Positions 48,390 to 60,319 of a stretch of 64,000 nt of DNA are shown one piece after another; positions within the stretch are counted from its first letter, which is position 1, and the number at the start of each line of letters is the position of its first letter. Position numbers and translations under genes: made by a program. This DNA is from a virus. The notes under the pieces are model-generated. The model made no database searches and was not told the DNA's origin. It saw only the letters and a list, made by a program, of their open reading frames with translations. The stretch lies in the IMG/VR virus record IMGVR_UViG_3300027969_000055, positions 52,371-116,370 of that record; one strand, 5' to 3'.

Positions 48390-51300
48390 ATGGCAGCAGA
48401 CAAATCATCATTAAGCGATTACTTAGCTGAGCTCGGCGTCGATATTAATAATCTTCAAGAATTTTTACTTAAACTTTCTTTAATATTATCAACGAAATCC
48501 GACTCGGTTACAATTAACCAAACTCTACAAGATGGAACACAAGCAAAATATCTAGTACCATCGTTTGGTTACTTAAGCGGCCGCGTTAATAGCATAGAGC
48601 AAAAATTTAATGATCTATTAAGCGGCAATGCTAACCAATTAGGCGTTAAAGATGCTAATGGTAATTTAAGGACCTTTGAATTAAAGGATTTATCCGCTGT
48701 TATTTCTGATTTAGAAAATGTTAGTAATTCTGGAGTTGCTTTACCTGCGAACTTTAATTATAAAACAAATTGGTTTTTTGAATCATTTTTAAATCCATTA
48801 CTCTATATTAATGTAGATACTTCTACAATTACAACTGACCCAGACATTAATAAATTTGAGGTTAAGCGCTTAATTATTACAAGTAAAACTCAAGCTAATT
48901 TAGACTATTTTGATGCAACATATAAAGGCAAAAATGATTTAGTATATACAGACGTAATTAAAGATCTAGGCACTCGAATAATTGAATATTTTGAAGATGA
49001 ATCTGAGATTGAATTACCTCCATCTAAAAATACAGTTAGAGGAACCTTTGATATATTAGAGATTTTAGAAGATTCGTCAACTGCCCTAGTTGGTGGTCAA
49101 ACTTTAACAAATGCAATTCGCAGATACAAATTGAATACCTTAAGATATTCAAATATTTCAGGGTCAACTACTGTAGATAAATCACTAGCGGAAGGAGATG
49201 TATTACTTTCAGCCGATAATTCAGAATTTAAAGTTGAAACAATTGATGCTAATTCAAAAACGGTAATTTTATCTTTAATTTTCGGAACGGCCGGCCTAGC
49301 AAGAGGATCTGTTCTAAGGATAAAACCTAAATTAACTACAGAATCAATTATTCAAGTAAATTTAGGTTATAATGAAAGAAACCTTATTTTCTTACGCCCA
49401 ATTAGTAATAGGCTGTCAGTAACCACTGACAAATATTCTAAAGGCTTTGGACTATTTACAAATGAATTAAAAATTACCATGAATAATGGTAATCAATTAT
49501 CATTAACCGATTTCTATACAACATATGTTTCAGATTTTGGAATGCTTTTCTTAAGTTATGCAAAGGAAAAGAAAATGCCATCTTCACTTGGAGAAACCCC
49601 AAATCGGGTAGCAATTTCAGCCGATAATTTTAGAGTTATTCAAATTGATCAGCATATTCAAGATGCTGATAATACTCTAGCAATCAAACAAAAGATTGCA
49701 GCAAAGGAACAAGCAGTTGCGCAAATTAGAGAAATAGATACTCAAATTTCAGCAGCTAGAGCTAACTTAAATACTAATGCGTCTTTAAATGAATCACAAA
49801 GGTTAAAATTACAAAAGGATCTATCAACTTTTTCTGATACTAGGTCAACGTTAACTAATACGCAACAAAGTTTAATTTCTGATATTACTTCATCAATTAA
49901 ATCAACTCCAAGTTTCATAACTAATCCAATTTATAGAGTTAGAGGTTTTTGGGCAATCCCAGCACCACTTACCAGTGCTTATGGAGTTCAACAGGTTGCT
50001 CAATTTAAAATAGCCTATCGTACCTTAAGTAAAACCGGTAGTTCAAAAACAGCCGATCAATTAGAATTTGTAGATGCAACCGGTAATAAAGTAACAGGTG
50101 CATTTTCTCCATGGACAGAATTTTTATCAAAGCCTAGAACCAAAAAATTAAATACCTTAACTGGATTTTACGAATGGTCTGACGAAAATATTTCTGATCC
50201 AAATGTAGTTAATTCAAACCAATTAGATATTCCAATTAAAAAAGGTGAAGTTATTGAAATCAGAATAAAGAGTTTATCTGAAGCTGGCTGGCCAGATTCA
50301 CCAGTTGAATCAGATTGGTCTGACACAATTCTAGTAGAATTTCCAGCAGGTATTGAAACAGCTGAGGACGCAACAATTGTCTCTCAGCAAGCATTTGCTG
50401 ACGAAACTCGAATAAATTTTCAGTCTGAATTAAATGCAAAGGGCTTAGATATTCACTTAAGTTCTTCATTTACTACTCGCGATAAATATTTTGCGCATAA
50501 ATCTGAAGATATTGCTAGTGGCTTTTTTTCTAGTGATGGAAGTGTAGTTGATCTTTATACAAAGGTTAAAAGTATTTCTGACTCAATTAGTGCAGTACAG
50601 ACTGCTTTATCTACTGGAGCTGGTGCCCTATCAGTAAGTATAGTAGACCAATCAGGAAATCAACAAACTATTACTAATGGTCAATCATTAGAATTATTTG
50701 CTGGATATTATAAAGATTTAATTAAAGACACTAGTGTTGTTCCAGTGTTATATAATCACGGTAGAGTACTAGCAACTCAATATTTAATTCAATTACAAAA
50801 TACCTCACAGACTCCACTGCAATTAATTTCTACCTTAAACGGTGGATTAGCTGAAATTGCACCAATTACAAATGCTTATATTAATCCAACTGTTAATTAT
50901 CATGCTAATTTAAGATACGATCGATCTCCATTAGTTATCAATAATGCAGTTAGTTCAAGTATTGGTGGATTTGTGCAAAAAGACGGTTATCAATCATCTC
51001 AAGTTAAAAGTCAGTATATTTACTCAAGATATAAGAGCGTAACTTTAGCTGATACGCTATATGCTGGAGATAATCAAAACGGCGATGGTGATTCTTCTGG
51101 TACTGTATATTCAGCATCAACTTCCAACTATACGTATGCTGGTATAACAATCAGTTCTACCAAAGTTCCATATTCATCTGGTCACTATTTACCATTTAAT
51201 CCAACTACTGCAACTCCATTATATGGGGCAGCGGCTGTTACAAATACAAATATTTGGAATGGAATAGTTACCTCAAACGTTCCACAAGGTGGAGGCCAAG

Positions 51301-51995
51301 TTAGCGAATTCTGTATTCATAAAAGCCACCCAAGTATTATTGCTGGAGGTTCAGCAAATATTACCTGGAATAACTCAACATATAATATATCCAGGCCAGC
51401 GTATTCAACTGGAGAAACAATTCAAAGATATTTACCATTTAGCCATGCAATTCATTTTGAAACAACTGAGGCTGAATCTCAAAATATATTTGGTGCTAAG
51501 TATTATCAACAAGCAATTTATGTAAAACCAGCTTCTGTAACTTTAGGTACAACTGCTGTTAATATGAGAGAAGATCAATATCCTATTAAAATGGGATTTG
51601 TAACTAACGATGAATTTTTAGTTGGAAAATACACATGTGGAGCATATTTATATATTGCACCGCAATCTCATACAACTATTTCAGTAGAGGGCCTTAGTCC
51701 AGCAGGTTCTCAAAAAATGTTGGAATTTGGCTCTGACTCAGCTATTAAAATTCCATTAATTTTTCAATTTAGAGCATCTGATAAATTAGGATACGTAGGA
51801 GGGTGGAGATCAGCTGTTCCAGCTGGATTGAAAAATGTAAGATATGCTAAAAAGATAGGTATTGATATTTACTCATTAAATTCAGTATTTTCATTTGATA
51901 TTTTAGTTAGAACTCAATACGAAAAAGAAACTGCAGTTGTTACACCAGTTAGTGCTCTAGCAGCTTCATCAATTGGTACTAGTGCTTCTGCTTAA
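48390..51995 (+). CDS. putative virion structural protein with a coiled coil
   Basis: 1201-aa ORF with a central heptad region. Confidence 0.6.
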   Translation: MAADKSSLSDYLAELGVDINNLQEFLLKLSLILSTKSDSVTINQTLQDGTQAKYLVPSFGYLSGRVNSIEQKFNDLLSGNANQLGVKDANGNLRTFELKDLSAVISDLENVSNSGVALPANFNYKTNWFFESFLNPLLYINVDTSTITTDPDINKFEVKRLIITSKTQANLDYFDATYKGKNDLVYTDVIKDLGTRIIEYFEDESEIELPPSKNTVRGTFDILEILEDSSTALVGGQTLTNAIRRYKLNTLRYSNISGSTTVDKSLAEGDVLLSADNSEFKVETIDANSKTVILSLIFGTAGLARGSVLRIKPKLTTESIIQVNLGYNERNLIFLRPISNRLSVTTDKYSKGFGLFTNELKITMNNGNQLSLTDFYTTYVSDFGMLFLSYAKEKKMPSSLGETPNRVAISADNFRVIQIDQHIQDADNTLAIKQKIAAKEQAVAQIREIDTQISAARANLNTNASLNESQRLKLQKDLSTFSDTRSTLTNTQQSLISDITSSIKSTPSFITNPIYRVRGFWAIPAPLTSAYGVQQVAQFKIAYRTLSKTGSSKTADQLEFVDATGNKVTGAFSPWTEFLSKPRTKKLNTLTGFYEWSDENISDPNVVNSNQLDIPIKKGEVIEIRIKSLSEAGWPDSPVESDWSDTILVEFPAGIETAEDATIVSQQAFADETRINFQSELNAKGLDIHLSSSFTTRDKYFAHKSEDIASGFFSSDGSVVDLYTKVKSISDSISAVQTALSTGAGALSVSIVDQSGNQQTITNGQSLELFAGYYKDLIKDTSVVPVLYNHGRVLATQYLIQLQNTSQTPLQLISTLNGGLAEIAPITNAYINPTVNYHANLRYDRSPLVINNAVSSSIGGFVQKDGYQSSQVKSQYIYSRYKSVTLADTLYAGDNQNGDGDSSGTVYSASTSNYTYAGITISSTKVPYSSGHYLPFNPTTATPLYGAAAVTNTNIWNGIVTSNVPQGGGQVSEFCIHKSHPSIIAGGSANITWNNSTYNISRPAYSTGETIQRYLPFSHAIHFETTEAESQNIFGAKYYQQAIYVKPASVTLGTTAVNMREDQYPIKMGFVTNDEFLVGKYTCGAYLYIAPQSHTTISVEGLSPAGSQKMLEFGSDSAIKIPLIFQFRASDKLGYVGGWRSAVPAGLKNVRYAKKIGIDIYSLNSVFSFDILVRTQYEKETAVVTPVSALAASSIGTSASA

Positions 51996-52010
51996 AATAA
52001 AAACTAAATA

Positions 52011-55000
52011 GTGATAAATCAAAATTTAACATATACTCGAATTGCTGAAAGAAATGTTAGTTTTCAATTACTTAGAACTAACCCAAAATTAACAACTAAT
52101 ATAAAATTAACAGTTGATTCAGGTGGTGATTTATGGCTTAATTCAATTAATGCAAATTCTCAATTATCTAGTCAAAAATATAAAAGATTTGCAATTTCTG
52201 AAAATTCTAACCATGAAGTTAATCTATATAGATTTTACGATAATGGTAGAACTCCAACCTCAATTTCATATCAATTAGGATCAACTATTGGATTAACCGC
52301 AGTTGCTAAAGACCTAAAAGATCAATATGATTTTGATCTATACACAAGTGGCGCTAAATACTTAATGGATAAACAATATTCTGAGAAGTTTACTTATTTT
52401 GCACCAGTTTATTTAGATAAAGTACTTCCTGAAAAATTTGTAATTTTTAAAATACCCGGAGCGTCTAATTACACAGCTGGCGTAGGTCGGGAATTGCAAA
52501 TAAATGAACAGCTAACAACTCAAAAATTTGCAACTGACCTATTTACAAATGCTGAAATTATAAAAGTATTTGATTTAAGTGAATCTTCTAAACTTGGAAA
52601 ATACATACATAATATTTCAAAAAATCCAATGTTTACGCAAAATCCGCTTTACGTTAATTATAAAGATGGAGGATATTCAATTTATAGAGGGGCTTCAATT
52701 TCGTCAGGTACCTATGTTGAACTACCTGAATTAATTAGTAGCGTATTAAGCAGATCATTACCTCTATTAAAAGTTGAACAATTTATAACCTTAGGCTTTG
52801 AACGAAATAATATTGTGCATCCAAAGATTTTAAATTTAGAATTTTTATTTGACGATGCTACTGCAAATCCATACGAATTTAATAGATACTTCGGAGTTTA
52901 CTGTAACGATATTGATCTTGAAACTTTTGAATTTGATTTATCAAAAATGTATGAATTAAGTCTATCTCAAAATACTGCAGATAACGATCAAACTTTTTCA
53001 ACTAATTTTATACAGTCAGACGATATTTCATTTACTTTAACTAATTCAACTGGTGTTAAGTTAAGAGGTCATGGACTATCACAAAATCTATCTGACCTTT
53101 ATTTTAATCGTACCAGCACTGATACTTTATTTTTTCCATATTTAAAAACTAAAAATAATCAAATTCATTTAATTAAACCTCTATCTTGGAATCAGTCAGA
53201 TACAATCGTTGATTTCCAATTAGACGATAATCAATTTGACTTAGGTTTAGCATTTGGTCCAACTAGCTTAATTACTCAAGAAATCTCTGACTTATCGAAA
53301 CTTGATACTAAGTCTACTGTTCTTATTCAAGTTTTTAATACTCCACAACACTTAGATAAATTACGAATATATCATCCAAGTGGATCAGCCTTTAGTATAA
53401 CTGATAACGGTGGAAAATATGATGAACTTGTTTTTGTCTCTGGTTATTTTATGGATAACGAAAGCTATTCACTATCGTATTTGTCAACTGGCGAATCTTT
53501 AATATATGTTAATGCAGATAAAGATTTAGACCAAATTACTCAAGCAATCACTGATATTGTAAGTGAACTTAAGGATTCTTCAATTATTGGAATACGCATG
53601 AATAACCATGCATTTATTCAAACTCAAAGTTATGGAAATACATTTGGCGTATTAAAAGTTAGATCGCTAGAAGCTGTGTCCGCTCTGCCTAAGTTCAAAA
53701 TAAATGACAAAATTACTAGTGATTTAGTTTTTGCAGATGGAGGATTCCTAAATAGACCTCACCCAATTATTGCATTGGGTAATGCTGCTAAGCTTGATGG
53801 ACAATTAGACAATATTGTGGTAAAGACAAATCAAAATTGGTCAAAAATTAGTAGAATCTGTAACTTAACTGATTCAATTAAGAGTGGCCTTTCATTAACC
53901 GACCAAGCAAAAGCAATCAGTGAGTTTAAAACAAAAGCATCAATTCAATTAGTTGATAATGAAACCGTGAGAGTTGATCATGGTAAAATTGAAATAAGAA
54001 AAAATTTCAAACCATCAGTTGGCGTACTGTCTATATTTGAAACAATGGATTTTAATTTTTCAACTTATTCTAGTGACTATTCTAGAAATTTATTATTAGA
54101 CCTTTATAAAGATTTCTATATTCCAGAAAATACTCTATTATTAGATTTTACTAAATATACCTATCAACTAATTGGAGATGGTACCGTTGAGATAAACGGA
54201 ATATATTATTCAGATCCATCTACTTTAATTTGGCAAAATACTTCAACTTTATCTAAATATAATGTTAAGTCAAATGGGCCTAGCGGAAAACCTATTTTGA
54301 TATATGGTTTAAAAATGCCAGGAACTACAGTTGATCCAAATAGTTCAATTTATAAAGACCGACTCGATATTCCATATTTTGATGAATCGCAAGATCCTTT
54401 AAACTTCATAGGTACCTTTTCAATAAAAGCTGATCACGTGCCAATTGAATCGAAGTCTCCAACTTACCAAGTTAGGGATAAATTTTTACAGGGCAATTTA
54501 TCTAGTGAATACCATGCGTATTTAGAAAATTATACAAAGGATTTTGCAATAGACGGCAGAGTAATTCCATATATTACCAAATGGGGAATTACTGACTCTA
54601 CTGACTCTAGAGATAACCCGTATCGATTAAATTCTGATATTGTTTTTGGAAAAGATAATTTCGGGCCGTCTCATAGAGAGACCTCAACCACTCCTGAAAA
54701 ATTAACACATGAGTGGTTTTATATTGAATCTAATTTTGGATATACCAAAGACGTTTCACTAGCTAGAAGTAATTTTTATTATTTTGATCAACCTATGCTA
54801 ATTGATCAATTAACAAGTTCCGCCAGCTATTTCGATGAATATTTTACCTATATTCCAACAGTAGATGGAGTTCAAGTAGGCAGACCTCAATACAGATATT
54901 CATTATTATCTAAAAATCAATTTACTAAGCAGTATGAAACTGTGTTTAAGGGCTCTCTATTTAGATTTTATGAATTAACTTCAAGCCAAACCACCGTTTC

Positions 55001-57845
55001 AAATTCAACTAGATTTGAAGATTATAAATTTACTGCACTATTAAAACCAATTAAAGAAGATCCAAATGAGGTTAAACAACCTGTTAAATATCGTGTAATT
55101 GAAAATACAAATTCAAAATCAATTACCCTATTAATTGAACTTGCCCTTGGGTATAAAGCTCAATTAAATGATTCAATTTTTTTAACTGACTGGAATACAA
55201 ATCTTTTTGAAATAGGATACGGTAGTGATTTAAGTGTAATTAGCCAAGCAAGTTTATTTAATGGAACTATTAAATCAGCACCAATTTCATATACTATTGA
55301 TTTATGTAGTGACGTTAATGGGTATTCAGCACCAACTTCATTAATTGATTATCAAAATCAAATCTCAGGCGTATCAATAATTCCAGGATTGGCATTAGGC
55401 CAAGTCGCTCATATTAAATACGGTATTCTATCTACCATTATTGCAACCCCTGGCTCAGATGTATATAATGCAATTCAACTAGATAAAATCGCAGCTGGCG
55501 ATAAATTAGGTAATAGAGTATACGCAAATGTTCAAAAGGGAACAACCATACTCTTATCATCCGGTGCATATCAAGCCGCAACAATTACTGCCTATTTTGA
55601 AGATGCTTGGCAAAATGGAGATCCTGATTTGGGTACAATAAACCCTGGCCAAATATATGAACAAACTAATTATGTGCCGGCAATTCCAGGCCCAGGACAA
55701 ATTGCTCAAATTGATCTAAATACGAAAAATATACTATTTCACAATACCTCATACTCAGATACAACCCATAAATATTTTAATGATAGTATAAGTATTGATC
55801 AGTCGCCTAAGCTTGATATTCTATTTAATACAGTAGGTCAAACGCCTAGATTTAGTCTATCTGCACTAGATGGTGTAAATTATACTGAAATTGTTTTTGA
55901 TAAAACGTCAACCAATAGTTATACCTCTGGCGTTTACGATATTCAAATAAATTATGTTTCTGGAGATTTAGGACCAGCGTATAATATTCCAAATTTTGAG
56001 CCGCTCCTATTTAAAACTCAATGGTTTATTCCAGAATATACTAATTCAAATACTCCAGCTCTGTATAGTTTTACAGTTGAGAATTCAACTGCATATTTTG
56101 ATTCAATGTTTGGAGATTATCGAATTGAATTTGATCAAAATGAAGTTTCAAACTTAACACATTCATTCCTATACTATGCAAAAAATAAAAAGTATAATAA
56201 TAAAAGGTCAGCATATTCTACAATTAAATTATCTAGGGGAATTGACTTATCTGCTAGTGGAATTCATTTAGCACCATCATTATTACCAGATTATGCACAG
56301 ACTGAAAAACTAACAGGTCTTGAAAGCTATGATGTATCCGCTGACTCTGAAATCAATCAAATTAGTACAAATTTTGCTCCACTGTATATTATTAAACCTG
56401 GAGAAAAAAGCATACTTGTTCAAAGATCGTTAGGGACTCCTCTAACCCTGTCCACCTTAATTGATCAAGCATTTACTAAAGATGGAGTAGATGGAGCATT
56501 TCAAAATATTATTAATTTTACCATAGGCACAAGTCCAGTAACTTTAATTAAACCAGTTCCAAATAGTTTAGGTGATACTTCTAATTTTTCATATACTGAG
56601 AATGGCCTACCTACTGGAGTTACTTTTAACTGGACAAATGATGCAAACCATTTTCAAATATTTGGAGGTGTTAACTATTTTCAAAAAGTATTTGAAAACT
56701 TATCATTTGCAAAGTTATTTCAGCTACTTGATAAAAATCAAAGTGTTATAAGTTGGGAATCATATACTAACGGTATTCTAAGTGGTTACAAAACACTATC
56801 TATTGAAATAGCTGACGCCGATACTGTAAATAAATCTACTATTATTAATATTACGCCAGACCAGGTAACTGAAGGTAAAATTAATATAATTGCAGGTTAT
56901 GAATTAACTGAGGTTCCATCCAAACCATATGAAATTAACCGGTATTCTGCTGAATATGAAATAATTACCAAACCTATTGCTGGTTTTAAATATAATTTTT
57001 CAATAAATTCAAATAGTTTACCTGGAGCAAATATTTGCCTTGATCCAGAGATTGATAATTTTTTTATTATTCCAGATTTTGAATATGTTAAGTATTCTAG
57101 GCAAAATATTTTAGCTCTTGAAAATAGTCGAAATTACTCAGCAGTCTATCCTTTAATTAATGAGACTCCAATTAGCCGTACTAATTTTAACAGTCTGTCA
57201 TCAAGCTGGGATTATAATTATCATTTTGAATCGCTAAATAAAAGTGAATCCATTGGAGTTGCCGGCAGTAAGCGAGTAGTTGAAGATTATTCATTTATTT
57301 CAAAGCTATTAAATCTTCCAAATGAATTTATAATTGAAGATTATACATCAATTGAACTTAGTCAAAATTTATTTAATACGTCGCAAGCAACTGAAGCTGA
57401 TATAGTATATGCAAATTATCCAGAGCAGGTTAAATTCAAAATTAATAAGTCAGCTTTAATTACAAAGCACCTATCAAACAATGGGCTTAGGGCAGAATTC
57501 CAAAAGTTTTTTAAATATGATGATGGTTCCCAAATTATATCAGACCCTGACTTTTTAGGAGAATTAACCTTTGAGGAATTTCTTTCTCAATATTGTCTAC
57601 TTAATTTAATTAAACTATATAGAATAGATTCATTTGAATTCTATGAATTAGATGACAGAACGATTCAGGGTAACCTAGTTGAATTTACACAAGTTGGTTA
57701 CAATTCGCTTAATAACTTAGGCTATGACCTAATCAAGAATATTAGAATAAATAATACCAAATCAAGCGTGGTAGAAGGTTCTATCCTATTAAAACCTAAT
57801 ACTGGAGTTAAATTGGTTCCAAAAATAAAAATTAAATTCATTTAA
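52011..57845 (+). CDS. very large putative virion/baseplate protein
   Basis: 1944-aa ORF, GTG start, coupled to the fibre gene by TAATG. Confidence 0.6.
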   Translation: MINQNLTYTRIAERNVSFQLLRTNPKLTTNIKLTVDSGGDLWLNSINANSQLSSQKYKRFAISENSNHEVNLYRFYDNGRTPTSISYQLGSTIGLTAVAKDLKDQYDFDLYTSGAKYLMDKQYSEKFTYFAPVYLDKVLPEKFVIFKIPGASNYTAGVGRELQINEQLTTQKFATDLFTNAEIIKVFDLSESSKLGKYIHNISKNPMFTQNPLYVNYKDGGYSIYRGASISSGTYVELPELISSVLSRSLPLLKVEQFITLGFERNNIVHPKILNLEFLFDDATANPYEFNRYFGVYCNDIDLETFEFDLSKMYELSLSQNTADNDQTFSTNFIQSDDISFTLTNSTGVKLRGHGLSQNLSDLYFNRTSTDTLFFPYLKTKNNQIHLIKPLSWNQSDTIVDFQLDDNQFDLGLAFGPTSLITQEISDLSKLDTKSTVLIQVFNTPQHLDKLRIYHPSGSAFSITDNGGKYDELVFVSGYFMDNESYSLSYLSTGESLIYVNADKDLDQITQAITDIVSELKDSSIIGIRMNNHAFIQTQSYGNTFGVLKVRSLEAVSALPKFKINDKITSDLVFADGGFLNRPHPIIALGNAAKLDGQLDNIVVKTNQNWSKISRICNLTDSIKSGLSLTDQAKAISEFKTKASIQLVDNETVRVDHGKIEIRKNFKPSVGVLSIFETMDFNFSTYSSDYSRNLLLDLYKDFYIPENTLLLDFTKYTYQLIGDGTVEINGIYYSDPSTLIWQNTSTLSKYNVKSNGPSGKPILIYGLKMPGTTVDPNSSIYKDRLDIPYFDESQDPLNFIGTFSIKADHVPIESKSPTYQVRDKFLQGNLSSEYHAYLENYTKDFAIDGRVIPYITKWGITDSTDSRDNPYRLNSDIVFGKDNFGPSHRETSTTPEKLTHEWFYIESNFGYTKDVSLARSNFYYFDQPMLIDQLTSSASYFDEYFTYIPTVDGVQVGRPQYRYSLLSKNQFTKQYETVFKGSLFRFYELTSSQTTVSNSTRFEDYKFTALLKPIKEDPNEVKQPVKYRVIENTNSKSITLLIELALGYKAQLNDSIFLTDWNTNLFEIGYGSDLSVISQASLFNGTIKSAPISYTIDLCSDVNGYSAPTSLIDYQNQISGVSIIPGLALGQVAHIKYGILSTIIATPGSDVYNAIQLDKIAAGDKLGNRVYANVQKGTTILLSSGAYQAATITAYFEDAWQNGDPDLGTINPGQIYEQTNYVPAIPGPGQIAQIDLNTKNILFHNTSYSDTTHKYFNDSISIDQSPKLDILFNTVGQTPRFSLSALDGVNYTEIVFDKTSTNSYTSGVYDIQINYVSGDLGPAYNIPNFEPLLFKTQWFIPEYTNSNTPALYSFTVENSTAYFDSMFGDYRIEFDQNEVSNLTHSFLYYAKNKKYNNKRSAYSTIKLSRGIDLSASGIHLAPSLLPDYAQTEKLTGLESYDVSADSEINQISTNFAPLYIIKPGEKSILVQRSLGTPLTLSTLIDQAFTKDGVDGAFQNIINFTIGTSPVTLIKPVPNSLGDTSNFSYTENGLPTGVTFNWTNDANHFQIFGGVNYFQKVFENLSFAKLFQLLDKNQSVISWESYTNGILSGYKTLSIEIADADTVNKSTIINITPDQVTEGKINIIAGYELTEVPSKPYEINRYSAEYEIITKPIAGFKYNFSINSNSLPGANICLDPEIDNFFIIPDFEYVKYSRQNILALENSRNYSAVYPLINETPISRTNFNSLSSSWDYNYHFESLNKSESIGVAGSKRVVEDYSFISKLLNLPNEFIIEDYTSIELSQNLFNTSQATEADIVYANYPEQVKFKINKSALITKHLSNNGLRAEFQKFFKYDDGSQIISDPDFLGELTFEEFLSQYCLLNLIKLYRIDSFEFYELDDRTIQGNLVEFTQVGYNSLNNLGYDLIKNIRINNTKSSVVEGSILLKPNTGVKLVPKIKIKFI

Positions 57846-60319
57846 TGTCAGTAGTCATAAACCTTAAGGAAATATTCTCAACAGATAGTCAAATTGACGT
57901 CTCTAGCAAAGTAAATTTTAACTTTAATCAACTAATTGCACTTGGTTTTGGACAAACTGGGCTAACTGGTGACCCTGGTATACAAGGTCCTCCGGGTCCA
58001 ATTGGGCCAGATGGACCTCAAGGCCCGATTGGTACGGTTATTTTTGGATTAACCCCAATTTCAACCACTGCTCCAACTAGTCCTCCAACTGGCATGGTTA
58101 CTGGCGATCTATTAATTACGGCTGACTCTATTATTCGAAAAATAGAGTCAGGTACTGGTTGGGAAAAGCTAACTGATTTTAATTCACTCGTATTAAGTGC
58201 ACTTGGGTCAAATGCTTCGCCATTTGTTAAACTAACTGGAACTTCTAGAATAATTAAACCTAGAATTACGTCAGGTTTGGATTTAACTAATGCAAGTAGT
58301 CCTGCTCCGAATTATCAAACTCCTGGATTAGGTACAAATAACCAAACGGTTCTCTATAATTTTAATGAGCTTAATACAAGTTCCGTAATTATAAATGGTT
58401 CAGGTAATATTGTAATTAGCTCAAATGGCTCAAGTACAGTTCCATTTGATTCAACTAGTGGAGGTGTTAATCTTACAACTAATGTAATTACAGCATTAAA
58501 CGTATCAGGCCATGGATTAGTTAATAAGCAATATGTAACTTATTCTGCTGGAACCGGCACCGTTATTGGAGGTTTATCTAATTACTCAGGCTACTATGTA
58601 TTATACATTGATGCATATACTTTTAAATTGTGCGATACTACGCTAGATGTAGATAATAATAATCCAAAGGACCTTACTAGTTATGGTACTGGAAATCAAA
58701 CTATTTTAACCTATCCTTCAACTGCTGAAAAAATATTTCCAGCAACTGCAAATTTATCATTATATTCAGTATTTGGAAGTGATGCAACTCAAGCAAAAGA
58801 ATTTGCAAGTACAAGTAAAGGATATCGACATCAACTTGAACTAGGATCAGTCGATGCATTGCCTACTGCATATAGCGGAATATCTGGTGTAACTTATGTA
58901 ATTAGTCCAAGTTTTGAAAATTTAAAAGTTAAGAAATATCGAGTAGGAAGTTATAGTGGAAATGAGGCTTATCCTGGCACCTATTACCTAAGAGCAGAAT
59001 ACGACCTTTCTTCAGCTGGCGGAACTACCGCTGAATCATTTTCTCCAAGAAGAAATAGTGAGCAAATTTGGAAAATCAATAAAATTGCAACCACTCAAGC
59101 CTCAGGCCAAACATTTGAACTTAAATTAACCAATTCAAATTTATTAGCAGTTAATGAAAGTAGTAGTGGAGTTAGTGTTGATGGTTTATTATTAAAACGT
59201 GGAGCGCTAGATGGAGGTGGAGGTTCTGGGTATATTGGATTTGGATTTGATCCTAGTGATGCAACTAAAGCTAAACTTGATGCATCTAGTGGAATTACAA
59301 AATTTTCATTTGATGGAATTAAGTTTGAATTAAAAAACGGAACAGATTTTGCAACTCTTGAAATAGATACAACTATTTTTTCCGGAGATCCATGTTTGTT
59401 AATTACCTCACCTTTTAATAAAGTTGAGTCAGTTAATGGAAATTCATACGAAACTATTAATTACAACAAGTACGAAACAATTACTGGTATTAAAACGGTA
59501 ACAATTAATGGAGCTGCAATAACTCTAGCTAAGTCAGGTAGCTCATTACTTGAAACTATCGCAAGCAGTTACAATTACGGACTCATTACCCAAAATGGAG
59601 ATATTCAAATAAGCTCACCAGGATCAGGTAAATTTATTGCACTAAACGATGCAATTAAAGTTAGTGGAGACAGGTTAGTGCATGGTATTCCTTTTCCAAC
59701 AACACAAGCTTCATCGGCTGATGTAAATACGCTTGATGATTATGAAGAGGGAACTTGGGGAGGAACTGGTAATTCTGATTTGTTGTATATCCGTAGAACT
59801 TGGTATGATAATTCTCAAAGTTATTTCGGTTGGCTTGACGTAGTAGGCGGATATATTTCAGGTACTCCAAATGCGCTAGGCTCTTATAACTATAATCGCT
59901 ATACTAAAGTTGGAAATCTGGTAACTTGTACAATCAACTATACTATAAATATGGATTTTATTTACTTAGCTGCAGGTGATCCTCCAGGCGGTGACCTTAT
60001 TGGCGGGCCTGGTACAACCTATGGTGAGGATCCATATTCAGGTTACTTAGGTATTAAATTGCCTTTTACCCCAAAAGCTGATTCCCCAATCAGTGCTAGA
60101 GGGATTGCACTAGGTTCTACTGCAGACATTACTAATATTGAAATTGCACAAATCGGAGACGCAAATACTCTATCGATTGCGTCATTATCGTATATTAACG
60201 GTAATGAGCTAAATCCGTATACTCCAGTAGTTTCTATTAATAATGCCCCAGGCGGATCACCCGGTTATGGAAATGAAATTGTAATCGCTTTTACCATTAG
60301 TTATTTTGCAGCAAATTAA
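57845..60319 (+). CDS. Tail fibre-like protein with a collagen-like segment
   Basis: Nine Gly-X-Y triplets; LDDYEEGTW and YTKVGNLVT fibre motifs. Confidence 0.7.
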   Translation: MSVVINLKEIFSTDSQIDVSSKVNFNFNQLIALGFGQTGLTGDPGIQGPPGPIGPDGPQGPIGTVIFGLTPISTTAPTSPPTGMVTGDLLITADSIIRKIESGTGWEKLTDFNSLVLSALGSNASPFVKLTGTSRIIKPRITSGLDLTNASSPAPNYQTPGLGTNNQTVLYNFNELNTSSVIINGSGNIVISSNGSSTVPFDSTSGGVNLTTNVITALNVSGHGLVNKQYVTYSAGTGTVIGGLSNYSGYYVLYIDAYTFKLCDTTLDVDNNNPKDLTSYGTGNQTILTYPSTAEKIFPATANLSLYSVFGSDATQAKEFASTSKGYRHQLELGSVDALPTAYSGISGVTYVISPSFENLKVKKYRVGSYSGNEAYPGTYYLRAEYDLSSAGGTTAESFSPRRNSEQIWKINKIATTQASGQTFELKLTNSNLLAVNESSSGVSVDGLLLKRGALDGGGGSGYIGFGFDPSDATKAKLDASSGITKFSFDGIKFELKNGTDFATLEIDTTIFSGDPCLLITSPFNKVESVNGNSYETINYNKYETITGIKTVTINGAAITLAKSGSSLLETIASSYNYGLITQNGDIQISSPGSGKFIALNDAIKVSGDRLVHGIPFPTTQASSADVNTLDDYEEGTWGGTGNSDLLYIRRTWYDNSQSYFGWLDVVGGYISGTPNALGSYNYNRYTKVGNLVTCTINYTINMDFIYLAAGDPPGGDLIGGPGTTYGEDPYSGYLGIKLPFTPKADSPISARGIALGSTADITNIEIAQIGDANTLSIASLSYINGNELNPYTPVVSINNAPGGSPGYGNEIVIAFTISYFAAN
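57950..58033 (+). repeat. collagen-like (Gly-X-Y)9
   Basis: GQTGLTGDPGIQGPPGPIGPDGPQGPIG. Confidence 0.9.
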
